A stretch of 63,647 bases of DNA, counting the filler, from Reticulomyxa filosa (taxonomy: Eukaryota; Protista; Foraminifera): NCBI GenBank assembly GCA_000512085.1. It is 21 parts of 21 records of this genome, joined end to end, with 100 filler letters (N's around TTAATTAATTAA, not from the genome) between each part and the next. Parts side by side here need not be neighbours in the genome. Positions count along the whole stretch, not along the records: positions 33,763 to 39,508 come from ASPP01001211.1; positions 39,609 to 42,288 come from ASPP01021816.1; positions 42,389 to 43,987 come from ASPP01036843.1; positions 44,088 to 45,954 come from ASPP01035167.1; positions 46,055 to 49,729 come from ASPP01008311.1; positions 49,830 to 51,254 come from ASPP01003702.1; positions 51,355 to 53,700 come from ASPP01020199.1; 14 more parts are not named here. The stretch is one strand, 5' to 3'. How positions within the stretch are numbered: the stretch's first letter is position 1; each line of letters opens with the position of its first letter. A program made the translations under genes and the position numbers. Below the pieces are notes generated by a model. The model ran no database searches. It had not been told where the DNA came from and saw nothing but the letters and a program-made list of their open reading frames with translations. Below, piece by piece: positions 37,380 through 51,389 of the stretch.

Positions 37380-38647
37380 ATGCCAGAGTTCCAAAATAGT
37401 GCTGTGTATCCACTTTTCACTTTATGTCTCTCCAGTGTATGTTTGGCTCTTCTGCTTGGTTTAACTAGTTGGTTTTTCTATCAAGATTATTATTTCAAAG
37501 GATCACTTCCCAAGCGACGCTACAGTCCATGCGTACCATGTTCCAAAGGATTAACGTACATGATGTTGCTAATCGATATGATGTCTGCAGGCCTTAATAT
37601 TATTAATGGCTGTGGTGTAGCAAAAATGATGTTTACGTATGTCTCTATGTACAAAAAGATATTTTTTCTCATATTAGTTCTGCAAAAAAATGTTCACATA
37701 AAATAATTTTCAGATGTACCGGTTATTATGTGTTATACCGATTATTATTTTTACTGGGAAAAATACTACTATTTTTGCTGTTTATTTTCAGACTAAAAGT
37801 TTTGTTTGCCACGTAGAATTTTTTTGTTTTGCAGTCCTTTAATAGGCCAATAAAATTAATTAGTTGTGGAAATATAAGGATGGTTGTTGATGACTACAAT
37901 AGACTATTTCTATTTCTTCCACGTATTCAACGAATTATGTTTGGATGTTTCGATTGCTGATTTTGATAATATTCTTGTATACACTAACTACTTGTTATGA
38001 GACGGGAACGGAGGTTATACCTGGAGTTTATTGGGAAGACAAAAAAAAATTTTGTAATTACGATAGAAGGTCCACTGGGGACAAAATTGAGCTTATTGTG
38101 ATGATGGTATTGGAGATTCTGTCACACGTATTGTTTTCTTACATGTTCATTCGATTATTACAAGCGGTTCACTTACATTCCAAAGAGTTTCGAAAACTAT
38201 CTATTTATCAACCCCAAATTTTTATTTTCAACTTTAGAAGTAATTTGGCTTTTCTAAAAGTCTAATATAAATGTGGAATAATTGGCAAGAGGGGAGGGGA
38301 AGAAAAATAAACAACCGACTTAAGGTGAGCGTATAACGACAAATAGACATGATTTATCGGCAAACGAGCGCGCTCTATTGCACTTGATCTCAAAATGTGT
38401 AGTTTTGGTTATATTCACTGGGGGAGTACTTACAATTACTGTTATCATCATCGTTATTACTGACATTGGCGTATTAGTAATGGTTGATTATTTCTGTAAT
38501 AGTCTCAGTGTTGTGTTATTAATGAAGGCCCATAATAAAACGTACGAAATGTTGTGTCACCCTTGCCACAAGAAAGTGCTCCCAATTGTAGATCGGATCC
38601 AAGCAACTGAACTTATGTCCCAACGAGAACAACTTAGCGAAACATGA
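37380..38647 (+). CDS. Seven-TM GPCR-like membrane protein; multi-exon
   Basis: About seven hydrophobic helices across the exons, ending VDYFCNSLSVVLLMKAHNKTYEMLCHPCHKK (helix-8-like with Cys). Confidence 0.7.
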
Positions 38648-38905
38648 TGATAATTATGTCTCTTTTTTCCTGTTTTGTAAATTTTAATTTGAATTCTTTC
38701 AAAACATAATTCTTTTAATTGTACGCTGAAGTCTTAAATTTACAGCCAAACAATTTTTTTGATTTTGCCAAACAACATTGAAACGTTCATTTTAAAAAGG
38801 AAAAAAAAGGAAGAGAACCACTGTCACAAACGCAAAAAACTTACAAACAAACCACAAAAAACAAAGACAATTACTTGACAAAAAGAAGCGAGCAGATCAT
38901 TTGTT

Positions 38906-39508
38906 ATGTCTGAGTATGCATTGATGCAATGCTTTCGTTGTCCACTTGTTGGCGCGATTGCAATGTTGAAGAGCGGCTCATTGGTGACGCTTGCGAAATT
39001 ATGGGCATGGTATACATAGGAATGTAGCCTGTCCCTGGATTGTTAACATGTCAACAAAAAATATTGTTATTAATGACAAATTATTTCAACGGAAAGCATT
39101 GATACCTGGTGGTGGATAGGGATAGGCTGCGTTATAAGCATATGTTGTATAAGGTGCGTAAGGAATGTTGTAAGGTGTCCATGCTGCAATGTTCCCTCGT
39201 TGGGGAGGAAGAGACGCTGGAGTGACTAAGGATGATTGTGATGAAGACAATGGAGATGCAGCGATAGTCGCAGACAAATGTGACATCTGCGATGACGCGC
39301 TGGAGTTTTGATGAGAGTGGTGATATACCCTGGGCGGACCAGTAACTATTGTTGTTCCGTTTGTTGTTGTTGGATTTGTAGTCACGTGATATTGTTGTGG
39401 TTGTTGTTGCAGCGATTGTTGTGATTGTTGTTGTGGTTGTTGTTGTGATTGTTGTTGTAATTGTTGTTGTGATTGCTGTTGTGATTGCTGCTGTGATTGC
39501 TGTTGTGA
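38906..39508 (-). CDS. C-terminal fragment of a Gln-rich / Pro-Tyr-rich low-complexity protein
   Basis: (CAA/CAG/TCA) poly-Q/S run into ORF 39086-39385, plus a probable last exon; 5' truncated. Confidence 0.55.
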
Positions 39509-42500
39509 NNNNNNNNNNNNNNNNNNNNNNNNNNNNNNNNNNNNNNNNNNNNTTAATTAATTAANNNNNNNNNNNNNNNNNNNNNNNNNNNNNNNNNNNN
39601 NNNNNNNNTGAATGATATTACAAATTGCACACACACAAAAACTTTACCAGCCATCTGCAAGTGTGTCCAAGACTGCAATGTTCAGTTTTTGTTTTTTTTT
39701 TACTTTTTTTTTTAAAAAAACGTCAAAAAAAAAAAAAATGGATAGATCGTATGATAAAGCAGACCCCAAGAGTATGTGCGGTGGCATTGCCAAGTGAAGA
39801 ATGGACAAATGTTATTGATACTTACACATTGTCAGACAGTGCTATTGCTGGTGGAAAATGTGGCAGACAGTCTATCTTCATGGCCAAATGGCTTAGTGCA
39901 TGCCTTTAAGGAGACAGAGTGTTGTTGGTGCATATGAGAATTTGGGCGATAACGTATACGACGAGCAATTGAATTGCAAGTCGATCGTGATTGCCCATAC
40001 TCTGTTATGCAAAGCAGCGCTGCTTTCTCCTAGGCGTGGTACTCAATGGCACTTATGCCAAAAGCAAAACTATCTTGCACTATGGACTAAAATGGATCGC
40101 ATTCAAAACTATCAAATTCATAAGTATATCTTACTAATATCCAAAATATATATACGTCGCCAATTATTTGATGACAATATCAAGCTATGAATGCTTCGCT
40201 ACAAATACAAACGTTGGTTATGTCTTGTGATGCGCCAAGTTACTTTTATTTACTTTATTTTGTTATCGTTGCAATAATGAGTATTATTTTTTTTTTTGAT
40301 TTGTATGTACATGTTATGAAGCTAATCGATAAACATTGAGCGAATGGTTGGAAGAGAGGAAAAGCGACAAATGATACTTGTTGCTGTTTACGCAATGCGA
40401 GCGGTCATTGCAATTGAAATACAAAGAGAAGGTAAATCTTTAGTTTTTTTGTTTTATTTAACTTATGACTATGATTGAGTACTGTTTACAATATAGTCCA
40501 CCCAATGCCATGCAAAGAAAAGAAGAATACGGGGTAGAAACAGCCCCGTCTCCGAAAGGAGAAACAAATGTTTGTTTTATTTCTTTATATACTTCTTAAC
40601 ATGTCCAAATGTTTTGTGTTTCATGTTGTGTAAATAGGTTCCCCCGTCCGTCAATGCCAATGTATCTTTATGCCACACTGCCATACACACAAAAGAAAAA
40701 AAAGAATTGGGTTGAAATCCATCCCGTCTCCACAAGGAGAAAAAAAAGTTTGTTATATTAATATTTATTTATATGCAAATTATATTCTTTTGTTACATAA
40801 TGTTGTTGTGTTTGTGCAGCAATAGGAATTCCCCCACCAAAGAAAAAACGTATATACATATATATTTCTGTTTGTGTCCCTCCCTAAAAAAAAAAACTTT
40901 GAAGTGGCTTCCACAGGAAAAAAAGAAAGTGAAGTGGATATTTTATCACAGGTATAAGTATATATTTTTCTTTAAAAAATTATAAATATACTTTGTTTGT
41001 TTGTATATATATAGACGTCCAGATCAAGAAAAATGCCAGATGTTAATATCTTTTTAAAGGGGGAGTTTGGAGAAAAAGTGGGGATATTATTAATTGGGAT
41101 AGGAAAAAAAGTGGAAAAAAAGTGGAAAAAAAAAAGAAATAGAAAATAAAAAAGGAAAAAATAGTGGAAGAAAAAAAAAGTGATTAATAAAAAAAATTTA
41201 ATAATAAATAAGAAAAAAAAGGTTGGAAGAAAAAAAGAGATTAATAAAAAAAAATGGAATAATAAATAAGAAAAAAAAAAAGAAAAAGGAACAAAAAGAA
41301 AAAAAAAAATAGATCAATAACAAAATAAGAAAATAAAAAATGAGAAAAAGAAAAAATGAAATTAAAAAAAAAGAATATGTTAATGAAAAAAAAGTCAGTG
41401 CAATAGAAAGTCTCATTGATCTATTCTGTCACTGCGAGTGTTTTGATATTGATTTTGCTGTCAAGTAATATAATGTTGTGCGTGTTGAAGAGTAATCAAA
41501 GACTTGGTATTAAATATAGAACACAAACATAGACAAATCAGCGTTTGGCCACATTCGATTATGCTATCTTCTACTTTGTCAATACAAACAATGCCTCCCA
41601 AAAAAAAGAGTGTTTGGATATTTGATCAGTGTATGAGCCAAATGTGGAAATGGAATTTGAATCCAAGTCCGGAGACTGAGTGGTCAGCGCGATTATTCGC
41701 AGATCGAACGAAGTTTAGACCAGGATTGGCATTGGCGAGTATTTCGAACAGTGGATATTTCATGATCGATCCAGCCATGGTGGTGTGTATTATACTTTTT
41801 AATTTGATCGACCAAAAGGAAAAGAACCACTGTATGTTCTACTGCAATAAAAATCAACTGAAGTTAGTAGGGTAATCACTCTTTTATATCAAATGACCAT
41901 ATATAGTCCATTCTGTGTTTTTTGCTTGAAATTAGATTAACGGAGTGCTATTGACATATATTGGCCAAATACAAAATTGGCCGTGAAGTCAGACAGCTCA
42001 TATCGTGTGAATTTTGCGCTTTTTTGGCAAATGCTTGGCTTCCAAATGTGTGGTATTGCTTTGAAAAGATGGACCATTTTCCCGTGAATACAAGTGCATG
42101 CAGATATTGAAAGCAAATAAGCAAAGACAAAGCTCGAATAATAACAAGCTTGTCCAAGAATGAAGTCAGTTACAAGGGTGAAGTATCAACAATTGTCTGG
42201 AACTTGCTGTTAAATATAAAATAACAGATTAGAAAGAATTGTGGTACTGGTCAACAGTGTCTTTATCACCTTGTATGGACCTCGTATGNNNNNNNNNNNN
42301 NNNNNNNNNNNNNNNNNNNNNNNNNNNNNNNNTTAATTAATTAANNNNNNNNNNNNNNNNNNNNNNNNNNNNNNNNNNNNNNNNNNNNTCGATTCTCTTC
42401 ATATAGTGCCATTTATGTATGGCAGTTTTTTTGCAATTTACTGTAATTATCCATATACAACAATAGTTATAAAAAAAAGTGAAAAGCAAATCATTTCAAG

Positions 42501-42526
42501 ATTTACAAATAAATCAATAAAGAGTT

Positions 42527-42760
42527 GATGGATGTTTGGGAACAACCTATTGCAAAATATATGTTAAGAAGAGTTGATGATAACAAATATCAATTTTTGC
42601 ATAAGCCAGATTAAGGATATTATGCTGCACAAAAAATAATATTTGATATGCCCAATAATGTTACTACTAACAACAAATAACAATTTAAAGCACATATTCG
42701 ACAATTAGCTATCAATTGCAAATAATCAAAAAAACTGGAATTATTATATCCGTTTTTCAT
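42527..42760 (+). pseudogene. NACHT-family winged-helix region remnant
   Basis: YMLRRVDDNKYQFLHKP../YYAAQKIIFD resembles the NACHT FxHxSxQEYxAA motif; frameshifted. Confidence 0.6.
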
Positions 42761-43417
42761 GTTTTTGAAAAATTGATAAAAATTATTCTCAACAGGATGT
42801 ACATTTAAGATATTTGAAAGTTAATTTAATAATAAATATGCTCATGAAATGTCAAATGAAAACTTATTAGCTCTGTTGTCATCCAAAATACACTCTTTCA
42901 TTATGTAATTATAGAATTTTCGTTTCTTTAAATGCTTTAGACTAAGTTACGTTAAATAACTTAACATATTTAAAAATCAAGTCATACATTTGTCGTTTTT
43001 AATAATATGCCATCTGCAGTAATTCACAATTGGATAAAATATTTTTTCAAAGTACATTTATTGATCAAAAGAACTGTCCTCACTTTGCTGTCTGCCTTTC
43101 GAATTTAGGACACCTTTTCTCTTCTTTCAAAATATCACGTGTTCTTCAAAGCAAAAAAGAAATATATGATGAATTACTACAAAAACAATAGTGTTTCATT
43201 CTATACAAAAGATACAATACTTGAAATATCTTGCAATTCATTTGATATTTGAATACAATTTTTATGTATTATGATTTTTAATTCTTCAAAAAAAAAAATT
43301 GAACGCAGTTTTTTCAATTTTTTAACAACAAAGTAAGAAAAAACAAATCTTCAATGCCTGCATTCAATCAAATCAAACTTTTCAAAAAAAATTCATTGTT
43401 ATTCGACAAAAAGTAAA

Positions 43418-43987
43418 TTATCCCCAAATACGAATGGGACCTTTTTTTGAACCATAACACAAATTCAAATCATATGTAACATTCTTTGTTTTCTCTTTCT
43501 TTTTCAATTCAATAAATTTAAGACATAATATTCCACCATCTTCATTATTATCTCCTTTGATCATATACAATTTATTCTTATTTGATCGAATATCCCAAAA
43601 ACAAATTGTATTATCTTCTGATCCAGAACATATCACATTCGAATTACCAATACTATTCTTTATTACAAATGGTGAATATTCAACATAAATCACACAATAT
43701 TTATGTCCATTGAATTTTTGAATTTTTTGATTAGATCGAATATCCCACAAACGAACACAATCTGATCCAGATAATATTATATTTAATAGTTCATTTGGTC
43801 CATATTTTACACTATTCACTGGACTTTCATGTTCTTTGAATATATTTAATTGTTTGGTTGTTTCAATATCCCATATTCGAATGGTTTCATCCCATGATCC
43901 AGAACAAATTGTATATCCATTTCCACCAATCACACCAATATTATTCATTTTATTATTATTATCATTTTTGTTATTGCTTTGTAATGG
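43418..43987 (-). CDS. WD40-repeat protein, C-terminal part; 5' truncated
   Basis: ICSGSWDETIRIWD, VRLWDIRS, ICSGSEDNTICFWDIRS, NLCYGSKKGPIRIWG*. Confidence 0.92.
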   Translation of the reverse strand, partial: PLQSNNKNDNNNKMNNIGVIGGNGYTICSGSWDETIRIWDIETTKQLNIFKEHESPVNSVKYGPNELLNIILSGSDCVRLWDIRSNQKIQKFNGHKYCVIYVEYSPFVIKNSIGNSNVICSGSEDNTICFWDIRSNKNKLYMIKGDNNEDGGILCLKFIELKKKEKTKNVTYDLNLCYGSKKGPIRIWG

Positions 43988-46736
43988 NNNNNNNNNNNNN
44001 NNNNNNNNNNNNNNNNNNNNNNNNNNNNNNNTTAATTAATTAANNNNNNNNNNNNNNNNNNNNNNNNNNNNNNNNNNNNNNNNNNNNACGACAACGATGG
44101 CGTGGCACTCAAACCTCGCTTCGATACAAAGTATGCGTCGCCTCTGCATCGCATCGCTGCCTGTCTTCGTGGCCGGCTGCTCGCTTTGCATGCGCTGCGC
44201 ATCAACACCGTGTCCAGCTCGAGCTTCATTATGTTTTGCATTTTTTCTGGACCTTTTGATGGATCCAATAGCTGCTGGAACCGCAACAAGTCTTGATTTT
44301 TCTTGTTCCTCATATGCTGATACCACAAGCAAGAGCCAACCCAATAGTTGAGTACCAAAGCATTGCGACAGCCACGCCACCATAGCACAAGCATTTATCC
44401 TTAAAGATGCCTTGCTCTAATTGGTCCTTTTGAAGGAGCATTTGAACGTTGTCAACGCAACTCAAACCAACCCCTCATTCCCACGTTGTTATCATCCATA
44501 TATTCGTTTCTTTTTGTAATGAGTGACAACGATCAAATTGACAGTGACTATTTCTTTGATCTTTGGTACAATCCAGACAAAAACAAGATTTAAGAATTCT
44601 ATATACTAAAAATAGTTTGTAAAAAAAGCATAACAAAAAAAAAAAGTATAGTAACTACAAAAAAATAGTTGTTAGAAACCACGAAAGTGCAAGAAAATAG
44701 CTTAGTATCCAGACAGCAACAAGTTGCTCTTGTGACAGCAAGTGATATCAAATTTTTTAATGAAAACTCGATTTTACATTTAGCCGACGAAAGAATTTCA
44801 TAAAAACATTGAAGGTAAATATTACACATAATGCAAGTGATAAAATGAGACCAGATTATATATATTCGGAAACTGGCGTTTAGCACAAAAATAATTTTAA
44901 TAGAAATGGTAACTAAACAGCAGAAAAGATAAAAAATACAGAAAACAGTGCTAAGTGGACGTTGGTATATTATCAAACATATTATTTTGATTAGTTGCAC
45001 CAGCGAATTAATTGTTAAAAAATTATTCAATATATATAAAATCACGCATTTGCAAATCTTATTTCTAACTAAAGTGTATGAAGATCAAAAGCAGTTTATG
45101 CATGACTTAATGATATAGACAAATAACAAGTCAGTTTGATTTGTTTATGACATATTTTATTTGCTGACAATGATTAGTATATGTTAGAACTCCAAAAGAA
45201 GGTCATTTGTAGTCGAAATTGTAATGTGTGTTGTAATTTGTGACAAGAATGAAAAAAATTAGAAAATAAAAGATAATAACAACATGGACGGAACTGCTTA
45301 TATGTAGTGTCAATTCAATGTATGCCCACATTTAAATAAAGGATATATCCTAGATTTAGTTGAAAATAAAAAAAGTTAAGTGTAGTTATTATTTCACGAA
45401 AAGAAAATAAAGTAAATAAATTACAGTTGCGACAAAAAAAAATTAGCCAACCATAAAATATGAACTTTTTGTGTTTCTAACTAAAATTTTAGTAGCAAAT
45501 TTTTATTATTTTTTCTGGTTTACTGGATATACATTTACACTTTTATAAGTAGTTTGTAAAAACAATAAACAAAAATTTAGAAAAGTTATTATAAGAAAAA
45601 ATTTTTCAAAAAGATTAGAATTGAAGCAATATCTCCAAATCACCTTGCGGTATGTAGCAGAATGTATTTTCTTTTTACAAAATTATTTACAAGAAGATGC
45701 TTCCACAGTATATATATATAACTACCGCTGAATTTTCCTTTCAATTGTTCATTTTATTTTTTATTATTAATTTTTTCTTTGCATTTGCAGCTTTTATTAA
45801 AATTACTTTTTATGTTCTTTTTTATTCTCTAAAATGGTTATAATAGCCAAAATGACGTTTATTTTGAAAAAAAAATTTTTGATAATTTTTCTTAATTATT
45901 TTTTAGTAATACTTATATCGTTTATTATTGCCAGTAGCACTTGAGCAAAATACANNNNNNNNNNNNNNNNNNNNNNNNNNNNNNNNNNNNNNNNNNNNTT
46001 AATTAATTAANNNNNNNNNNNNNNNNNNNNNNNNNNNNNNNNNNNNNNNNNNNNCTTCAGTGTGAAAGGAGAGGAAAACCTTTTAAAAAAAAACAACTTG
46101 TTTTTTTTTTTTTCGTAATGCAAAATCGCTTGTATTTGCTCATTCTTTATGGAATCGGTTGTTTCTTTTCAAATATATTTCTTGTACTTCCAAAAAAAAA
46201 AAATACTTTTTTTTTTTTTTGATAGTAACTGTTGTGTGTTTTCCATTTTTGTTGAGTGTATTTTCGCGGACGTTCTTTCGTTGATTTTCTTTTTTAAAAA
46301 AGAGCAATTTGCGTTATTCCAATTTTCACATTTTTATTTGTGTACCCCTTTTTTTCACCGTTGTGTGAAAGATTTCAATACAATACTTCTTTCAAAAGAT
46401 CTATTTGTATTTTGGCTTCAATCAATTGAGAGATTTATTTTTGACTTGTAGCGATGGAGAATTTTGTTATCATTTTACTCTCATGCTATGGTAGGCTTGA
46501 ACTCTAAAACATATAGCAAATATCTTGGCCTCGGTTGAACAAAAGGAAACCATCAAACCAAAATCTACAACATTATCCTGATTTTGAGTTTCACAAGAAA
46601 AGCTTCTAAAATTTGTAAAAAAAGTTTCTATCAAAGAAACTTTCACTCCAAAAAAGTTAAAAAACTTTTGCTGACAAACATACTTTAATCCGTTCATTCA
46701 AAACGTCAAACATTTTTTATTGTTGGAAAAACGAGA

Positions 46737-48101
46737 CTATCCCCAAATACAGATAGAACCATCGCGTGAGCCATAACACAGATTAATACAATAACGATTA
46801 CAATAGATTTTTCTTTTCTGTTCTTTCTTTTTGCATTTTAGAAATTTTAAGCAATATATTTCGCCATTTTTGCCTTCGAATATGTGCAATTCGCTCTTAT
46901 TTGATCGAATATCCCAAAATCGAATTGTACCATCCAAAGAACCAGAACATATTACACCACTGCCACCTACTTCACAACTATCCACTGTAAATGGTGAATA
47001 TTCAACAGCATACACATAATGTGTGTGTCCCTTGAAAATTTGAATTTGTTGACCAGATCGAATATCCCACAAACGTATACTTTTGTCATCTGATCCAGAT
47101 AATATTGTATTTGCACCACCGATATTTCCTATTTCATTTGATCCATACAATACACTTTTCAATGCATTTTCATGTCCTTTAAATACAACGACTTGTTTGG
47201 CTGTTTCAATATCCCATATTCGAATGGTTGTATCAAATGATCCAGAACAAATGGTATATCCACTACCACCAACAACGCCAATACTATTACTTTTATTATT
47301 ACTTTGCAACGGTGAAAAATCCACACTCCAAACAGAACTTGTATGTCCATTGAAAACATGTAATGATTTGGAAGTTTTGACATCCCATAAACGAATAGTC
47401 TCATCACCAGATCCAGAGCATAAATATCGACCTCCATTGAACTGTGACAATTTAATGCTATAAACACTATCAGTGTGTTTATTGAATATTTGTAATTGTT
47501 GATTATTTTTGATATCCCAAAAACGAATCGTATTGTCAAATGACGAAGAACAAATTACATTACAACCACGAGTACGATAATGATATGGTGAAAATTTCAC
47601 ACAATATACCCAATCTGAATGTTTGAATGATTGAATAAGTCCACTGTTCTCTAAATTCCACACATAAACTTTGTGATCAGATGATCCAGAACAAATAAAT
47701 TGACAATCATCAAATATCGAATAATCGATGCTATACACACTATCGGTGTGTCTGTTGAATTCCTTGAGTAATTTGGATGATGAATGAAATATATCAAGCA
47801 TAAAAACTGTTGTTACCTGATAATCATTGAACAATAACAATAAATAGATATTTGTCATTAAACGTAACACAAAACAAACAAAAAAAAAAGCATAACATAT
47901 TTGGCGACAAGTTTGTCTAAGTCACGGATCCACCCAAATTTAATGTGTAATATTCGATTCCAATGTTCAAGAATTATTTGAATTTCTTCTTCTTCTGACT
48001 GATTCGTTAAATTTCATACATATACTGAGTGAATACAGTAACCTAAAGATAACCAACTTTTCGAAGCTTACCAACTCTAGTTTTTCATTGGCAAGGGCCA
48101 T
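46737..48101 (-). CDS. WD40-repeat protein (lineage-expanded family); spliced 5' exons
   Basis: Seven WD repeats in the main exon (to ~47816). Upstream exons MALANEKLEL and EEEEIQIILEHWNRILHIKFGWIRDLDKLVAKY. Confidence 0.93.
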
Positions 48102-49049
48102 TGTTTAACTTTTTTTTTGGGATCGTTCAGTTGATATTAAATGAAAATGTTTGAGCTTTTTATATCAGTGAACGGGTTTCCCTTCAACACCTTTTTTTTG
48201 TAAAGAAATGTGTAATTATTAGTAGTAATTTTTTCAGAAAAAACTTTGCAAAGCTTTATAAACCACAATATTTTTCTACAACAAAAGGTCAAATTTTGCG
48301 TTAGTGTTAAAAAGCAAAGTCCCGAATTTTTCGCAGAGTTTTTCTCTTTGAGAAAACATTTGGAAAAGCAGCACCAAGGCTTAACAGGATTTAGCGAATC
48401 CACCAAAGGCAAGGTAAGGTGATTGCTAAACTATATCGAACACACAATTGAAAATTGTCAATTAATATTGTAATGATCGATACATACATAAAAATTTAAA
48501 CAACGTTTACGAAAGATCAAATAATTGTCACTGTGGCAGTTATTTTGGCCTTGTATTTCAAAAACGTTGTATCAGAAGTGTTGCCGATATAGATGAACGT
48601 GCAAAAAATACAAAAAAGTATCAATAAGCAAGGGTGTTGTAGAATTGCAAACATGTAGTTTGATCGATTACCAGTTTGTCATATACAATTAAATGCAGAA
48701 TACTGCGTATGACGTAGTATTATGTGCAATTTATAAGTCAAAAATGAAAGCAAATATTTCCAAATTATAAAAAATAAATTTTTATTTTTATTATGTGAGA
48801 AAATCGTTTATAGTTTAGTTTCAAAAAAGTGACAGAATTATCAATTGAACAGCATAGAAATAAAAACAAAGCTGTCGTTTGTCTCACGTGTACTGAAGAA
48901 TTTTTCACTAGTCTCAATGTGGTCATTTCAAATCAAATATACAAGCAAAAAATGAATACCCAAGTAAAAACAAAAAAAATTGCAAAATAGCCATTTTTTA
49001 TATAGAAAAAAAAAACTCAAAAAGTTCCACCATATTATTCAACAACTGA

Positions 49050-49173
49050 CATCTACAAAAGAGATAAATCTGTCTTAAATTTTTGCCTTTAAAAAAAGAA
49101 AAGAAAATGAAAATTAAAAATGGCGATTATGGTTTCAATTTGTGTTATGGTTCACAATTCCTATTTGGGAATA
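49050..49173 (+). pseudogene. Orphan WD40-family C-terminal remnant
   Basis: CLKFLPLKKEKK...NLCYGSQ..IW matches the tails of the two WD40 genes; no upstream repeats. Confidence 0.6.
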
Positions 49174-49829
49174 AGATACATTTTCCAAAATATGTAATTA
49201 AAAAGACACGAAAGAAAATAACAATGCAACTGAACCAAACGCTGTCGTCAGGCAAATTAGTGAAAATACTATTTAACATTTTTTGCTTGTTTGCATATAA
49301 ATAAAAATTTAAGTTTATTAATAATGAAAATTCTGTTTTCTTTTTTTTCAAAAATTTGACGCACAAAGTGTTGATTGATGTATTTTTAAATTGTAAAATA
49401 ATTATCATCAAGAGTTTTGTTTAGCTTGATGGAAATAAAGAAAGAAAAAAAATAAAATGTAAATAAATAATGCTAAGCACACAAAAAAAAAATTACCATA
49501 AGGTTTCACTTATGCAATCAAATAAATTCTACAGTTCATAACTGCATTGAAGATAGGCGATTTATTTGTAAAAAATCTCATTTAATATAGCAAACAAAGA
49601 GTTGCTATCATCAAGAAAAAAAAAATCACAAAGTAACAAAGCATAATCTACACGCAAACAACAAAAACAAAAAAAATATAACAAACATTAAAAAAAAGAA
49701 CAAATACATCGTCATAAAAAGTGCTTAAGNNNNNNNNNNNNNNNNNNNNNNNNNNNNNNNNNNNNNNNNNNNNTTAATTAATTAANNNNNNNNNNNNNNN
49801 NNNNNNNNNNNNNNNNNNNNNNNNNNNNN

Positions 49830-50764
49830 GTTTTCATTGTTTTCATTGTTGCCATTGTTACCATTGTTGCCATTGTTGCCATTGCTAGCATTGGCAATCT
49901 CGTGTTCATTTTCCACAACAATCTCAGAGTCGTGATTGCTAAGCTGGTGTTCGAGCATTGGCTCCTTGCCTTTGTTCGCCGCTTCCGAATGCGTTGGGTT
50001 GAAGCTCGATGCGCTGTGATTGGAAGACGTCTGTGTCAGGCCCAAGTGTTCCTGTTTTGCTGTTTGATCTTTTCTATTTTCGTTTTTCTTTTCTTCGTCC
50101 ACATCTTGTTTCGGTGCTTGTTGTTGTTGTTGTTGCACTAAGTTATTATTATTATTATTATTATTATTATTTGTACATAAAAAAATTACAACGACTGTTT
50201 TTTTTAATAAACAAACAAAAAAATGCAATAAACATATCACCTTGCTGAACAGGGAGTGCCTGAGATGCAGATGCCTTTTCTTTTGCTGGAGCAGACTCGA
50301 CTTTGTTAGCATGCCCAGACGAACGTCGATCCTCTTGTTTTTGTAAGAAAGCGTGACTGTCATTGGGGACGACGGCGTGCGGGCCCTTTGGAGACAACTT
50401 CATTTTCTGCAACCCCGGTGATTCTGCTGTCCATGGGGAAGTCTCATTTGCTTTTTCATGTTCGTTAGGGTCTCGTTTTGGTTTTTCCTTTTGGAATTCC
50501 AGCGAAGACTTTTTGGCATTGGCACTGCCGTTCGTCGCATTCTTGCTGTCTTGACCGTCGCTCAAGTGGCCCAAGTTCAGCATGTGCACCGGGCTTTTCA
50601 TTTTTGGCGTGTCATTGTCTCGAACCGGCAGAGGGGTCTCCTGGAAATAGTGTTCAGTTGCTATGCTTACCAAAGTATGTGTGCTTTCGTGTGAGGGTTG
50701 ACGTGCTTGATGATTGCGTGGATCCTCTAATAATTACGTGCATGTACATTCATTCATAAATACA

Positions 50765-50795
<31 letters not shown>

Positions 50796-51225
50796 CATAT
50801 ATCATAATCCAAACATATATAAAAAAATTATACCCGATGGTGTCAACAAATCTTTTTGTTTTTGCTCTTTCTGTGGCTTTTTGAGTTCCAACTTCTTGGA
50901 TAGTCTCTTTCCATCTTCTCGTCGGCGGTCCTGTGCTGAATCATCAATGATGTGAACTTCGCTCAGGTTGGACGAGTTGTGCCGATTTTCAGTAGGTGGA
51001 ATGGAAGAAGGACTAGGGGGTTGATCCAAGTCATCTCCATCCTCGTGTTCGTTGGGTGGCGTTGAGGTCCTCTGCTTTTTGTCTGCGTGCGTTTCTATTA
51101 TGTACTTTTCCGCGTCATTGTTAAAAGGGAATTTGGAATTGGAATGGGAACTGGAACTGGATGCAGAGTTTTTGTGGATTGGAGTGTTGGTGGGATGTAT
51201 TGGTTTATTGCGCTGTCGTGAGTTC
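49830..51225 (-). CDS. Low-complexity hydrophilic protein fragment; multi-exon, truncated at both ends
   Basis: Three GC-richer ORF segments separated by (TA)n/(AAT)n intron-like tracts; no domain recognised. Confidence 0.55.
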
Positions 51226-51354
51226 TAACCTTTTTTTTTTTTTTTTTTTTAACCNNNNNNNNNNNNNNNNNNNNNNNNNNNNNNNNNNNNNNNNNNNNTT
51301 AATTAATTAANNNNNNNNNNNNNNNNNNNNNNNNNNNNNNNNNNNNNNNNNNNN

Positions 51355-51389
<35 letters not shown>

